Assembly: GCA_902581605.1 (NCBI GenBank)
Contig: CACHPE010000004.1
Span: 26,901-90,900, forward strand
Direction: 5' to 3'
Origin: an uncultured Pelagibacteraceae bacterium
GTDB lineage: Bacteria > Pseudomonadota > Alphaproteobacteria > Pelagibacterales > Pelagibacteraceae
DNA length: 64,000 nucleotides
The position numbers and the translations under genes were made by a program. The notes beneath the pieces were generated by a model. The model searched no databases, had not been told where the DNA came from, and was given only the letters and a program-made list of their open reading frames with translations. Below are positions 12,996-23,206 of this stretch, in pieces; the stretch's first letter is position 1; each line of letters starts with the position of its first letter.

Positions 12996-13940
12996 TTAAT
13001 TTAATTTTTTGGGAGCTTTAAATATTACATCTTCTTTAATTATTTCAACTTCATCGATACTTATAGAAAATTTATTTTTTAAATCATTAATAAAATTTTC
13101 AACTAATATTTCTGGCGCAGATGCTCCTGAAGATATACCTATAGTATTGCAATTTTCTATTTGATCAAACGGTATTGAGCTTTCTGAATGAATAAGTTGT
13201 GAATTTTCACAGCCTGATTTTTTTGCTACTTCAACTAGTCTAACAGAATTTGAAGAGTTTCTACTTCCGATAACAAAAAACATGTCACAATTTTTTGCAA
13301 TATTTTTTACTGCCATTTGACGGTTAGTAGTTGCATAACAAATATCTTCTTTCATTGGTTCTTTTATATTAGGAAAATTGGTTTTTAAAATTTTGATTAT
13401 TTCTTTTGTATCATCAACTGACAAAGTAGTCTGAGTAATATATGCTAATTTTTTATCTTGTTTATTTTCATAGTTTGTAGCATCTTCTTCATTTTGGATT
13501 AGATCCATAGAACCTTCATTTAATTGACCCATAGTTCCAATTACTTCTGGATGATTTTGATGACCAATTAAAATTATATGGTAACCAGCTTTATTAAGAT
13601 TTTCTGCCTCTCTATGAACCTTAGAAACAAGTGGACATGTGGCATCAACATAAGTCATATTATAATTTTTCGCATCCTCAGGTATTTTTTTTGGAACACC
13701 ATGTGCTGAAAAAATTACTGGTCTTGATTTATCTTTTATCTCCTCCAGCTCTTCGACAAATATTGCCCCTTTATTTTTTAAATTGTCTACAACATACTTG
13801 TTATGGACTATTTCATGACGTACATAAACTGGAGCTCCAAATTTTTGTATAGATTTTTCAACTATTTCAATTGCTCTTTCTACCCCAGCACAAAATCCAC
13901 GGGGTGCAGATAATAATATTTTTAATTCTTTATTTTTCAT
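12996..13940 (-). CDS. ispH: 4-hydroxy-3-methylbut-2-enyl diphosphate reductase
   Basis: PRGFCAGVERA, DATCPLVSKVH, ICYATTNRQ, SSNS motifs. Confidence 0.97.
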   Translation of the reverse strand: MKNKELKILLSAPRGFCAGVERAIEIVEKSIQKFGAPVYVRHEIVHNKYVVDNLKNKGAIFVEELEEIKDKSRPVIFSAHGVPKKIPEDAKNYNMTYVDATCPLVSKVHREAENLNKAGYHIILIGHQNHPEVIGTMGQLNEGSMDLIQNEEDATNYENKQDKKLAYITQTTLSVDDTKEIIKILKTNFPNIKEPMKEDICYATTNRQMAVKNIAKNCDMFFVIGSRNSSNSVRLVEVAKKSGCENSQLIHSESSIPFDQIENCNTIGISSGASAPEILVENFINDLKNKFSISIDEVEIIKEDVIFKAPKKLN

Positions 13941-14865
13941 TTTTCTCTAGAAAATATTCCAGCAATATATGTGGAAAGGTTAAAGACGCCAAACCTATAA
14001 ATATTATTTTTAAAATTGCACTATCCAAATTGTATGAATTTTCTAACAGATATAGAGAAATAAAAGAAAAAATAGCTGTCAAAATTGTTAATGGCAATGC
14101 TTTTTTAACAAACAATTTAAATCCATTAATCAAACTATTTGGATCAAGATCAATAGCTAGTGAAATTGAGTGCCTAATCGAGTGTAAAAAACAGAAATAA
14201 GCAGTAAAAGCTAATAGTGGGGATAAATAGTAATTTAATATTAAAATTGAAAAATAATCTAAAAAAACTACAAATTTTTTTATTTCAAAATTTTTTAAGA
14301 AAAGAAAAATACTAGACAGTGTGCTACAGAATATTCCTATTTGAATTATATTATTTTTCTCAATAAAATTTAAACTTAAATAAAATGTCTCATTATCGAT
14401 TAATAATAATTTAAAAATTGCTATTGTTTCCTGAAAATGAAAATATATAGGAGCAAGTATAATTAAAAATCCCTTAAAAAAATAAAGTATTTCAGTGAAA
14501 TAAGATCTTTCATCTATCAAAAATTGTATATCCTCTTTTCCAAAGTGGTAGGAAGCGATCATTAAAAAAACAATTAAAGTTATTGATGGAAACAATATCC
14601 AAGTTACTATAACTAATGCTGAAATAAAAATATATGTAATATAGAATATATAAATTGATTTTATATTAAATAATTTAAGCAGTTTTTTTCCTTTAATATG
14701 ATCTAATGAACCATGGGAAACCCCTATAATTAAAATTAGAATTAAACACAAAATTGATGAAATATCTAAATTATTAAACTTAAAGAACAAAATACAAAAA
14801 ATGTTTACAACAAAGAAAAAAATAAATGAATGATTTAAATTTATTTTTTTTATTTTATTATTCAT
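13930..14865 (-). CDS. blh: Brp/Blh beta-carotene 15,15'-dioxygenase
   Basis: Multi-TM; GVSHGSLD, YHFG, YFCFLHSIRH, LTFPH histidine motifs; follows crtY. Confidence 0.92.
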   Translation of the reverse strand: MNNKIKKINLNHSFIFFFVVNIFCILFFKFNNLDISSILCLILILIIGVSHGSLDHIKGKKLLKLFNIKSIYIFYITYIFISALVIVTWILFPSITLIVFLMIASYHFGKEDIQFLIDERSYFTEILYFFKGFLIILAPIYFHFQETIAIFKLLLIDNETFYLSLNFIEKNNIIQIGIFCSTLSSIFLFLKNFEIKKFVVFLDYFSILILNYYLSPLLAFTAYFCFLHSIRHSISLAIDLDPNSLINGFKLFVKKALPLTILTAIFSFISLYLLENSYNLDSAILKIIFIGLASLTFPHILLEYFLEKNEK

Positions 14866-14866
14866 T

Positions 14867-15931
14867 TTAAATTAATTCTTTTAAAAATTTCCACTTTGGC
14901 ATTTTTAGAATTATTTCTAAATCTTCAAAAAAACTACTTTTGTTTGATAAAAAATTTATAGCTGTTTTAGGTTTTGAGCTAAAAACTTTAAAAAATATAT
15001 TGGCCATTTCATTGGAATTATTTTTAAGAACTCTTAATAAGATTTTATCTAAAAAATCATATTTTGAATTAATTTTAAATTGACTAACATTTTTTATATT
15101 TTCTATGTTTTCTCTTATATATCTACTCTGTTCTTGAATATTTAGGAACGTATAACCCGTACTTAATCTAGTCATGCCTCCTGCTGAGCCTATGTAAATT
15201 TCATTTAATTTACTTATATTTTTTTGTCTAAAAAGTGGGATCGCACCAGTTTCTTTGAAATTAATCTTGCAGTTTCTAATATTTAAGTGGTTGCTTAAAT
15301 AATTATCAATTTGTTTATCATAATCTTTGAGTTTTTCATCATTTAGCTCAGATATCCAAGTAGTTTCAACTAATGCATTTCTTTTAGTATATGGTAGCGT
15401 ATAAAAAAAATGAACTTTGTTTCTTTGATCACAAGCAAAGTCCATCAAATTGAATATTTCGTCATCAAAAAAGTCTTTATCAGTTTCTATTTCAACTCCA
15501 CAAAAGTGTTGCCATAACTCACTCTGCTTATTCTCAAAACTAGGTACACTATTAAATATAATTGAATTTGATTTATCTATTTCATCAATATTTTTAAAAA
15601 AATGAATATTTTTATTAAATTTAATTTTTGAAAGTATTTTTTCGTAGAACCTACCACTATCAATTGTTTGATATGGTGTAGTTTCACAATCAACATATTT
15701 CATATTATTGGGTGTGTTTATTGTAAAATTATTCCAACTTTTTTTAACACAGTCATCAAAGTTATGTGAAAAAACCTTCCAAAATGACCAGGTTTTATCT
15801 CTTTTATAATCTTCTCTTGGTTCAATGATTGCTAAAGTTTTATCTTTTAATTTATCATAAACTTCAAGCTCATATGCTAATGAAAGACCCGCACAACCTC
15901 CGCCTATAATTATGTAATCAAATTCTTTCAT
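14867..15931 (-). CDS. crtY: Lycopene cyclase
   Basis: IIGGGCAGLSLA, KTWSFW, LMDF, FFYTLP, STGYTF motifs; crt cluster context. Confidence 0.88.
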   Translation of the reverse strand: MKEFDYIIIGGGCAGLSLAYELEVYDKLKDKTLAIIEPREDYKRDKTWSFWKVFSHNFDDCVKKSWNNFTINTPNNMKYVDCETTPYQTIDSGRFYEKILSKIKFNKNIHFFKNIDEIDKSNSIIFNSVPSFENKQSELWQHFCGVEIETDKDFFDDEIFNLMDFACDQRNKVHFFYTLPYTKRNALVETTWISELNDEKLKDYDKQIDNYLSNHLNIRNCKINFKETGAIPLFRQKNISKLNEIYIGSAGGMTRLSTGYTFLNIQEQSRYIRENIENIKNVSQFKINSKYDFLDKILLRVLKNNSNEMANIFFKVFSSKPKTAINFLSNKSSFFEDLEIILKMPKWKFLKELI

Positions 15932-16769
15932 TTAAATTTATTTCTTCATTAATTAAATTATGATCATGATTTATATTATCATCGTTTTTACTTATAAGAG
16001 ATAACTTTATTAAGTCAAAAATAGAAAAAAAAGTTTCAGTAATTTTTTCAATATTTGAAACATAAATTTTTCCTGATTTTTTATAATTTTCTATGTTTTG
16101 TTTATTTAAAATTTTATATCCTATTTTTCTATAAACCCTTCTTGCAACCAGAATAGAAAATCTGAAACTTAATGGTATTTCTTTTATTGAGTAAAATGAG
16201 TTTTCATAAAACTTTTCTGAAAGCTTGATTGTAGTCTTTATGTCTTCAAAAGTTTCATTGATATAAAATCTATTATTTTTTTTATCTTCCATAACATCTC
16301 TTGAAATATTTGTTAGTTGCATAGCAATACCAAGATCAATAGCTGATTTAAGAGATTGTTCTTTATGAACATTTAATATTTTAGCCATCATCAATCCAAC
16401 TGTGCCAGCCACCCTATAGGAATAAATCAATAATTCTTTTTTTGAATTAAATTTAACATTTTCTTTTATATCAGAGTAAATACCCTCAAATAAATCGTCT
16501 ACAATTTTAGTTGAAATACTAAATTCATTAATAAGATCCCACATGTTTTTAATAACTGGATCATCATAATTTTTATTAACAAAATTATTTTTAAATTTAA
16601 TAAAATTGTCTTTTTTTATTTCAATCTTGTTTTCATCATCAGCGATATTATCTGCTTCTCTACAAAAATCATAAAGTGCTGAGCATTTTTTATAGGTTTT
16701 TTTTGGTAAAAAAAAACCTGCCCAATTAAAAGATTTTGCGTAAATACCTAAATAATTCTTTGTTAACAT
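15918..16769 (-). CDS. crtB: Phytoene synthase
   Basis: LYDFCREADNIAD, YRVAGTVGLMM, LGIAMQLTNISRDV motifs. Confidence 0.93.
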   Translation of the reverse strand: MLTKNYLGIYAKSFNWAGFFLPKKTYKKCSALYDFCREADNIADDENKIEIKKDNFIKFKNNFVNKNYDDPVIKNMWDLINEFSISTKIVDDLFEGIYSDIKENVKFNSKKELLIYSYRVAGTVGLMMAKILNVHKEQSLKSAIDLGIAMQLTNISRDVMEDKKNNRFYINETFEDIKTTIKLSEKFYENSFYSIKEIPLSFRFSILVARRVYRKIGYKILNKQNIENYKKSGKIYVSNIEKITETFFSIFDLIKLSLISKNDDNINHDHNLINEEINLNERI

Positions 16770-18229
16770 TAAAATAATTTATCTAAAACCTTCGCTGAAG
16801 AGAGAACACCTGGAACACCAGCCCCTGGATGTGTACCTGCACCAACAAAGTATAAACCATCATATATTTCAGATTTATTATGAAATCTAAAGTATGCAGA
16901 TTGTGTAAATTTAGGTTGAATTGAAAACCCTGATCCAAATTTTGTATTTAATTCTTTTTCAAAGTAATCAGGTGTTAGATAAAAATCCTCAACTATATTA
17001 TTTTTAAGATCCGGCATTAAGTCTTTTTCCATTTTTTCAATTACAAGATTTTTCATTTTCTCACCTTCAGTTTCCCAATTTATTTTTGACTGATTGTTAG
17101 GTACTGGCACTAACACATAAAAACAATCATTTCCTTCTGGGGCCATAGTTTTATCAGTCGCTGTAGGTCTGTGAAGGTAATAGCTAATATCGTTATTTAA
17201 TTTTTTCTTATCAAATATATCATCAAGATGTTCTTTATACTTGTTTCCAAACTTTATTGTATGATGTTCAACATTCTCATAAATTTTTTTTGTTCCAAAA
17301 TAGTAAACAAATAAACCCATAGAATATTCCATTCGATTTTTTTTCCAATTAAACAACATTGAATTCTCGTTGCTTTTGCTTAACATTTTCTCATAAAATG
17401 CAGGTGGATCTGCGTTACAAACAACATTATCTGCAGCAATTTCATTTTCATTATTTAATTTTACACCACTTATTTTATTATTTTTTGATATAATTTCTGT
17501 TACTTCACTGTTTTTTATTATTTCAATACCAACCTCATTCATTAATTTTTCAAAACCTTTAATAATATTTCCTGTTCCTCCAACTGAATAATGTATTCCC
17601 CATTTTTTTTCTAAATAAAGAATTAATCCATAAATAGAAGTGGTGGTAAAAGGGTTTCCCCCAACTAGTAAAGGATGCATGCTAAGCATTCTTCTTAATT
17701 TTTCGTTTTTTATATAAGATGAAACAAGTGAGTAAACTGATTTATAACTTTTAAGTTTTAATAGAGCAGGCAATTGTTGCATCATTACGAAAGGTTTATC
17801 AAACGGTACATCAGCAAGTTCTAAAAAACCTTTATCAAATATTTTTTTTGTAAAATTAACTAATTTTTCATATCCATTTACATCCTCTTTGCTAAGCTTC
17901 TCAATTTGGTCTTTCATCTCTATTTCGTCACCTGAATAGTTAAATTTAGTTTTGTCCTCAAAAATAAATTGGTACCAAATTTTAAGTGGAGTTAGTTCTA
18001 TATAATTTTTTGGATCTTTATTGAATAACTCAAACAATTCATTAATTAAGTAGGGTGCAGTAATTACTGTTGGTCCAGCATCATATATAAATCCGTTTTT
18101 CTTAAAAACTCTTGCTCTTCCACCTAGGTCTGGATGTTTTTCTATTAATTTTACGTTATGTCCTTTTGCCTTAAGTCTTAGTGCTGCTGCTATCCCACCA
18201 AATCCTGATCCAATGACTATAGAGTTCAT
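16769..18229 (-). CDS. crtI: Phytoene desaturase
   Basis: IGSGFGGIAAALRL, DAGPTVIT, GAGTHPGAGVPGV motifs. Confidence 0.96.
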   Translation of the reverse strand: MNSIVIGSGFGGIAAALRLKAKGHNVKLIEKHPDLGGRARVFKKNGFIYDAGPTVITAPYLINELFELFNKDPKNYIELTPLKIWYQFIFEDKTKFNYSGDEIEMKDQIEKLSKEDVNGYEKLVNFTKKIFDKGFLELADVPFDKPFVMMQQLPALLKLKSYKSVYSLVSSYIKNEKLRRMLSMHPLLVGGNPFTTTSIYGLILYLEKKWGIHYSVGGTGNIIKGFEKLMNEVGIEIIKNSEVTEIISKNNKISGVKLNNENEIAADNVVCNADPPAFYEKMLSKSNENSMLFNWKKNRMEYSMGLFVYYFGTKKIYENVEHHTIKFGNKYKEHLDDIFDKKKLNNDISYYLHRPTATDKTMAPEGNDCFYVLVPVPNNQSKINWETEGEKMKNLVIEKMEKDLMPDLKNNIVEDFYLTPDYFEKELNTKFGSGFSIQPKFTQSAYFRFHNKSEIYDGLYFVGAGTHPGAGVPGVLSSAKVLDKLF

Positions 18230-18268
18230 TTTAATAATTTATAGTTTTTTTGAAAAATTGTAAGTGTA

Positions 18269-18766
18269 TTATGAATTAATTTTTTTTAACTCTGCTTTAG
18301 TTTCATCTAAATTTTTTTGAAACAAAGCATCTAATTTTGACTTATCTACAGATGTAGTTATTATTTTTTTAACTGAGTCCACGGCAATCTTTATTGATGC
18401 GTCCTTAATTTCTTTTAAAGCGGCTTCTTTCATCTGACTTATTTTATTTTCAGCTAAATTTTTTTTAATTTCTGATGATTTATGAAATTTATCATTCATC
18501 TCAATCATTAATCTATCTGCATCTTTTTTTGCGTTCTCAAGAATTTCGTTACTAACAGACTGAGCTGTATCTAATTTTTTTTGTGAGGCATCTAATAGGG
18601 TTTTTGCCTCGGTTCTTAATTTTTCACTTTCATCTATTTCATTTTTGATGTCAGATATCATTTTATCTAACATTTCAGAAATTTTTTGAGGAATTTTAAG
18701 GTAAATTAACGCTCCAAAAAAAATAATAAATGATACGGCTACCCAAAATGTTGCATCAATTGCCAT
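18269..18766 (-). CDS. atpF: ATP synthase F0 subunit b
   Basis: MAIDATFWVAVSF TM plus charged coil; start moved to ATG 18766. Confidence 0.9.
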   Translation of the reverse strand: MAIDATFWVAVSFIIFFGALIYLKIPQKISEMLDKMISDIKNEIDESEKLRTEAKTLLDASQKKLDTAQSVSNEILENAKKDADRLMIEMNDKFHKSSEIKKNLAENKISQMKEAALKEIKDASIKIAVDSVKKIITTSVDKSKLDALFQKNLDETKAELKKINS

Positions 18767-19346
18767 AGTACTTATTTCCATTTCTTTTGGATAGATCGTC
18801 AACAATTGCGGATATACTGCTATTATTTACTTCAGCTCCAATTAGTTTTTGTAATAACTCAGATGAAGTCTCAATAGCAATTTTATTTATTTTATCTGGC
18901 GCATTTTTTCTTAATGCATCTATTTCTTTTTCAGCCTCAGCAATTTCATTATCAATTTGCTTATCAAGTACTTTTCTTTTTGCACCAATGTCTTTTAGTG
19001 CTTTTTCTCTTGCTTGATTGAAAATACTATTAGCCTCAAGTTTGCTTTTAGATATAATTTCATCGTATTCTTTTAGTTTGGCATCACTGTCTTCTCTTTG
19101 TTTCTCAGCAGCCTCAATATTTTCTAATATTTGAGATTTTCTCGACTCTAAGTTGTTACTAATTTTTGGTAGTATTAGTTTAGATAAAACTAAATACATA
19201 ATACCAAAAGTAAGTATTAGCCAGAAAATTTGAGAAACCCAAAACTCTGGATTTAATTGAGGCATACCTCCGCTTTCAGCTGCGAAAGCTTCTTTAATAA
19301 AAAAGAAGCTAAAAAATATTGACTGAAAATATATTTTTTTAACCAT
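18756..19346 (-). CDS. ATP synthase F0 subunit b'
   Basis: GGMPQLNPEFWVSQIFWL typical of alphaproteobacterial b'; start moved to ATG 19346. Confidence 0.9.
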   Translation of the reverse strand: MVKKIYFQSIFFSFFFIKEAFAAESGGMPQLNPEFWVSQIFWLILTFGIMYLVLSKLILPKISNNLESRKSQILENIEAAEKQREDSDAKLKEYDEIISKSKLEANSIFNQAREKALKDIGAKRKVLDKQIDNEIAEAEKEIDALRKNAPDKINKIAIETSSELLQKLIGAEVNNSSISAIVDDLSKRNGNKYYGN

Positions 19347-19350
19347 CAAT

Positions 19351-19578
19351 TTAAAACGCAAAGAGAATGATTAACGCAACTACCAATCCGAATAATCCTG
19401 TAGCTTCTGCAAGTGCAAAACCTAAAAGCAAGTTAGGAAACTGTTTTTGTGCTGCAGATGGATTTCTCATTGCACCAGATAAATAATTTCCAAAAATTAT
19501 TCCGATACCAACACCGGCTCCAGCTAAAGCAATTGCTGCTAAACCTGCCCCGATCATTTTTGCTGCTTCTAATTCCAT
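19351..19578 (-). CDS. atpE: ATP synthase F0 subunit c
   Basis: GAGVGIG, RNP loop, ALAEA proton-carrying Glu; GAGGAGG RBS upstream. Confidence 0.98.
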   Translation of the reverse strand: MELEAAKMIGAGLAAIALAGAGVGIGIIFGNYLSGAMRNPSAAQKQFPNLLLGFALAEATGLFGLVVALIILFAF

Positions 19579-19595
19579 TATATCCTCCTCTGTTA

Positions 19596-20330
19596 TTAAT
19601 GGTGTAAATTTAATGCATCATTTAAATAGATGCAGGTTAAGATTGCAAAAACATAAGCTTGAAGAAAAGCAACTAAGATCTCCAAACCAGTTAACGCAAC
19701 CGAAAAACTTAGTGGAAGCCACCCACCAACTATTCCAAGGCTAATTACAAAGCCTCCGAAAACTTTCATCATTGTATGACCAGCCATCATATTGGCAAAT
19801 AATCTAACTGATAAACTTATAGGCCTACTTAAATAAGAAATAATTTCTATGACAACAATTAAAGGGAGCAATACTGCAGGCACTCCACTTGGAACAAATA
19901 ATTTTAAATACCCAAATCCATGTTTAATAAAACCAATTACAGTCACTCCAATAAATATAAATGATGCGAGCACAAATGTTACAATGATATGACTGGTTAC
20001 AGTGAAAGTATAAGGTATCATTCCAAACATGTTACAAAATAAAACAAACATGAATAGAGAAAATATAAATGCAAAGTATGGTTTAGCTTTTGTTCCAGCT
20101 GTATCGCTAATCATTTTGGATACGAAGGTATAGCTAAGTTCTGCTAATAATTGAATTTTGTTTGGTAGTATTGAATTTTTTTTTGATCCTAAATTAAAGA
20201 TTAACAAAATAGATACAGTACTTAAAATCATAAACAAACTTGCGTTCGTAAATGATATGTCAAATGCTCCAACTTTAATTTCTGGTCCAATTCTATAAAC
20301 GTCGAATTGGGACATAGGATTTGTTGCCAT
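19596..20330 (-). CDS. atpB: ATP synthase F0 subunit a
   Basis: SLSVRLFANMMAGH, LQAYVF motifs. Confidence 0.98.
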   Translation of the reverse strand: MATNPMSQFDVYRIGPEIKVGAFDISFTNASLFMILSTVSILLIFNLGSKKNSILPNKIQLLAELSYTFVSKMISDTAGTKAKPYFAFIFSLFMFVLFCNMFGMIPYTFTVTSHIIVTFVLASFIFIGVTVIGFIKHGFGYLKLFVPSGVPAVLLPLIVVIEIISYLSRPISLSVRLFANMMAGHTMMKVFGGFVISLGIVGGWLPLSFSVALTGLEILVAFLQAYVFAILTCIYLNDALNLHH

Positions 20331-20339
20331 AATACTTAT

Positions 20340-20615
20340 TTATTTTTGCATTTTTTTTGCAGATCTAATCACACTGATTATTCCAGCAACTACACCAACA
20401 AAAAAAAATATTAATATAAACCAGGGTTTAGTACCAAAGGTCTTGTCAAAAATAAACCCAATAATTGTCCCCACAGCCACTGCAGAAACAAGTTCTGTGC
20501 TCAATTTGAATGCAGTTCCTATAGGCGAGGGGTCATTCTTCTTATTGTAGAGATTTTTCTTTGAAATCTTACTTTTTGCAATCTCTAAGCGAGTTTTGAA
20601 AGGGTCTTTTGGCAT
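20340..20615 (-). CDS. atpI: AtpZ/AtpI family protein
   Basis: IGFIFDKTFGTKPWF, two TMs, first gene of the F0 operon. Confidence 0.85.
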   Translation of the reverse strand: MPKDPFKTRLEIAKSKISKKNLYNKKNDPSPIGTAFKLSTELVSAVAVGTIIGFIFDKTFGTKPWFILIFFFVGVVAGIISVIRSAKKMQK

Positions 20616-20624
20616 TTATATAGT

Positions 20625-23198
20625 TTAAGCAACCATACTCTCTGCTTTTTGTAAATCAACAGCCACAAGCTGACTAATTCCTTTTTGAGGCATCGTCACC
20701 CCATATAGTCTATTCATTTTTGACATGGTTAAAGCATGATGAGTTACAATTATGAATTTAGTATTGGTTATTTTTATTAATTCCTCAAGTAGACTACAAA
20801 ATCTTGTTACGTTAGCATCGTCAAGTGGTGCATCAACCTCATCTAATACACACATAGGTGAAGGGTTAGTTAAAAATACTGCAAAGATTAATGAGAGGGC
20901 AGTCAATGCTTGCTCACCTCCAGATAACAAAGTTATAGATTGAAGTCTTTTTCCCGGAGGACTAACTAACATTTCTAAACCTGCTTCAAGTGGATCATCA
21001 GAGTCCACCAGTTCTAGTTTGGCATTTCCACCATTGAAAAGTTTTGTATAAACTTCATTAAATTTTCTATTAACTTTTTCAAAAGCTTCAATCAATCTTT
21101 CCCTTCCTTTTTGATTAAGTTCATTAATACTATCTTTAAGTTTTACGATAGCAGTAACAAGATCGGCACGATCCTGTTCCATTTTTTTTATCTCTTCTTC
21201 ATATTTACTTGTTTCTTCATCTGCTTTTAAATTTACAGATCCTAATTTTTCTCTTTCTTGTTTTTTCTTGTCCAAAGCATCTTCTTGATCAACTGGATTT
21301 GGAAGCTCTTCTACTCCGTTTAAATTTGAATTTTCTAAAATATTATCTTCATTCAAATTTAACTCAGAACTAATTCTATCAAGGAGATCATTTTTTCTTT
21401 TTTGAAGGCCTTCAATTGTAGCCCCTGAGCTTGCTTTTCTTTCTCTGATTTGAATTGATTGTTCTTGAATTTCATTCAATTGAGTTCTTAACATTTCAAT
21501 TTTTTGATCTGTTTCATCTATAATCGCTTCATTATCAATTTTTTCTTTATCTGAAATTCTTAAATTTTCTGAAATTTGACCTTTCCTTTCAGCCTGTGCT
21601 CTGGGTTGGTTTTCTAAATCACTTAATTGTTTTGATAATTTTTCTTTTCTTTGTGTTAATTCATTAACCATTTTTTCTGAGTTAGTTAATAAATTTTTCC
21701 AACTTTCAATTTCAGTTTCAATGGTTTTAATTCTTTCATTTCTTTTTATTGACTCATTTTTAATTGATTGATTTTTACTATATGCATCTGCATATTTTTC
21801 TTGGAGTAATTTTATATTTTCTGATTTTTTGCTAACTCCTAATAACTCACTTCTTGATCTCTCATTTTTTAAATCATTTAAAAAATTATCTAGCTCCATG
21901 GTACATCTATCTAGAAGTGTTAGTGCTTGATTTATTTCGTTACTATCTATTAATTCTTTTACTCTTGATATAGTATTTTTTACATTTCTTATTGGACCAA
22001 CACTTATATTTACAGTTTCTTCAGCTAAATTGTTTACAACTTCATCTACAGCTTTTTGTTCTTCTTTCAGTTTATTTTTTGCACCTTCTAGTTCTTCATT
22101 AGATAATTTTTCTGTTTCAAAATACTTCGAGTCTGTCTCAACTAATCCAGTTTTTTCTTCCTTCAATCTTTTTTCATTTGAGTTGGCGTCAATAATAATG
22201 CCTTTTTCTCTTGTAATATCATCATCAAGTGTTTGAATTGATTTTTTAATGCTTTCTATCTCATCTTGAATTCTTGTATTTTCCTCATCTAAACTTTGAA
22301 GTTCTAGATTAAGCCTTTGTATCCTTGATAAATTTTCTATATTTTTTTCTCTCAATGGATTTACTTTATCTGTAAAAGTTTTAATTGAATTTTCCAATTC
22401 AGATATTTTGTTATTAAATCCTTCTACCTCTCCTTCTGCCTCAGTATTAATTTCATTTTCTATTCTAATTTCTTTGTCTATTTCTAATAATTTTAAATAA
22501 TATAAACCTGCTTCAATTTTTTTAATTTGATCCGAAATTAGTTTATATTTTGTTGCCTCTTCAGCTTGTTTTTGAAGATTTGCCAATTGTTTTTCCTGTT
22601 GTCTTCTTAATTCATCTGCTCTTTTTAAATTATTCTCAGCCGCACCTAATCTTAATTCAGCCTCATGTCTTCTAACGTGTAAACCAGATATTCCTGCAGC
22701 TTCTTCTAAAATAGCCCTTCTATCTGTTGGTTTCGCAGTTACTAATGCACCTATTCTTCCTTGGCTAATCATTGATGGAGAGTGTGCACCAGTCGAAAGA
22801 TCTGCAAAAAACATTTGTGCATCTCTTGCTCTTACTTCTTTATCATTAATATAAAATTTAGATCCTTTATCTTTTTCTATTTTTCTTCTAACTTGTATTT
22901 GTTCCAATTCACGGTATTGGATTGGACCTTCTTTATTTTTGTTTTCAACTTCGATTGATACTTCTGCAATATTTTTTGATGCTTTATTAGATGTTCCTGA
23001 AAATATAACATCCTCCATACCAGATCCACGCATACTTTTTGCCGAGGTCTCTCCCATTACCCATCTTAAAGATTCTACAATGTTTGATTTTCCACAGCCG
23101 TTAGGACCCACTATACCGGTGAGACCATCTTCAATTAAGAAGTTGGTTTTTTCTGCAAAAGATTTAAATCCGTTTAATTGGATTTTTTTAAACTCCAT
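20625..23198 (-). CDS. smc: Chromosome segregation ATPase SMC (short, 857 aa)
   Basis: GFKSFA, GPNGCGKSN, ISQG, LSGGE, LDEVDAPLD motifs; long coiled coils. Confidence 0.92.
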   Translation of the reverse strand: MEFKKIQLNGFKSFAEKTNFLIEDGLTGIVGPNGCGKSNIVESLRWVMGETSAKSMRGSGMEDVIFSGTSNKASKNIAEVSIEVENKNKEGPIQYRELEQIQVRRKIEKDKGSKFYINDKEVRARDAQMFFADLSTGAHSPSMISQGRIGALVTAKPTDRRAILEEAAGISGLHVRRHEAELRLGAAENNLKRADELRRQQEKQLANLQKQAEEATKYKLISDQIKKIEAGLYYLKLLEIDKEIRIENEINTEAEGEVEGFNNKISELENSIKTFTDKVNPLREKNIENLSRIQRLNLELQSLDEENTRIQDEIESIKKSIQTLDDDITREKGIIIDANSNEKRLKEEKTGLVETDSKYFETEKLSNEELEGAKNKLKEEQKAVDEVVNNLAEETVNISVGPIRNVKNTISRVKELIDSNEINQALTLLDRCTMELDNFLNDLKNERSRSELLGVSKKSENIKLLQEKYADAYSKNQSIKNESIKRNERIKTIETEIESWKNLLTNSEKMVNELTQRKEKLSKQLSDLENQPRAQAERKGQISENLRISDKEKIDNEAIIDETDQKIEMLRTQLNEIQEQSIQIRERKASSGATIEGLQKRKNDLLDRISSELNLNEDNILENSNLNGVEELPNPVDQEDALDKKKQEREKLGSVNLKADEETSKYEEEIKKMEQDRADLVTAIVKLKDSINELNQKGRERLIEAFEKVNRKFNEVYTKLFNGGNAKLELVDSDDPLEAGLEMLVSPPGKRLQSITLLSGGEQALTALSLIFAVFLTNPSPMCVLDEVDAPLDDANVTRFCSLLEELIKITNTKFIIVTHHALTMSKMNRLYGVTMPQKGISQLVAVDLQKAESMVA

Positions 23199-23206
23199 GC
23201 ACTAAC

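Noticed and set aside
13871-14200. 109-aa plus-strand ORF and the other 60-100 aa antisense or alternate-frame ORFs in the track
   Set aside because: They lie over well-supported genes, lack motifs and look like shadow ORFs
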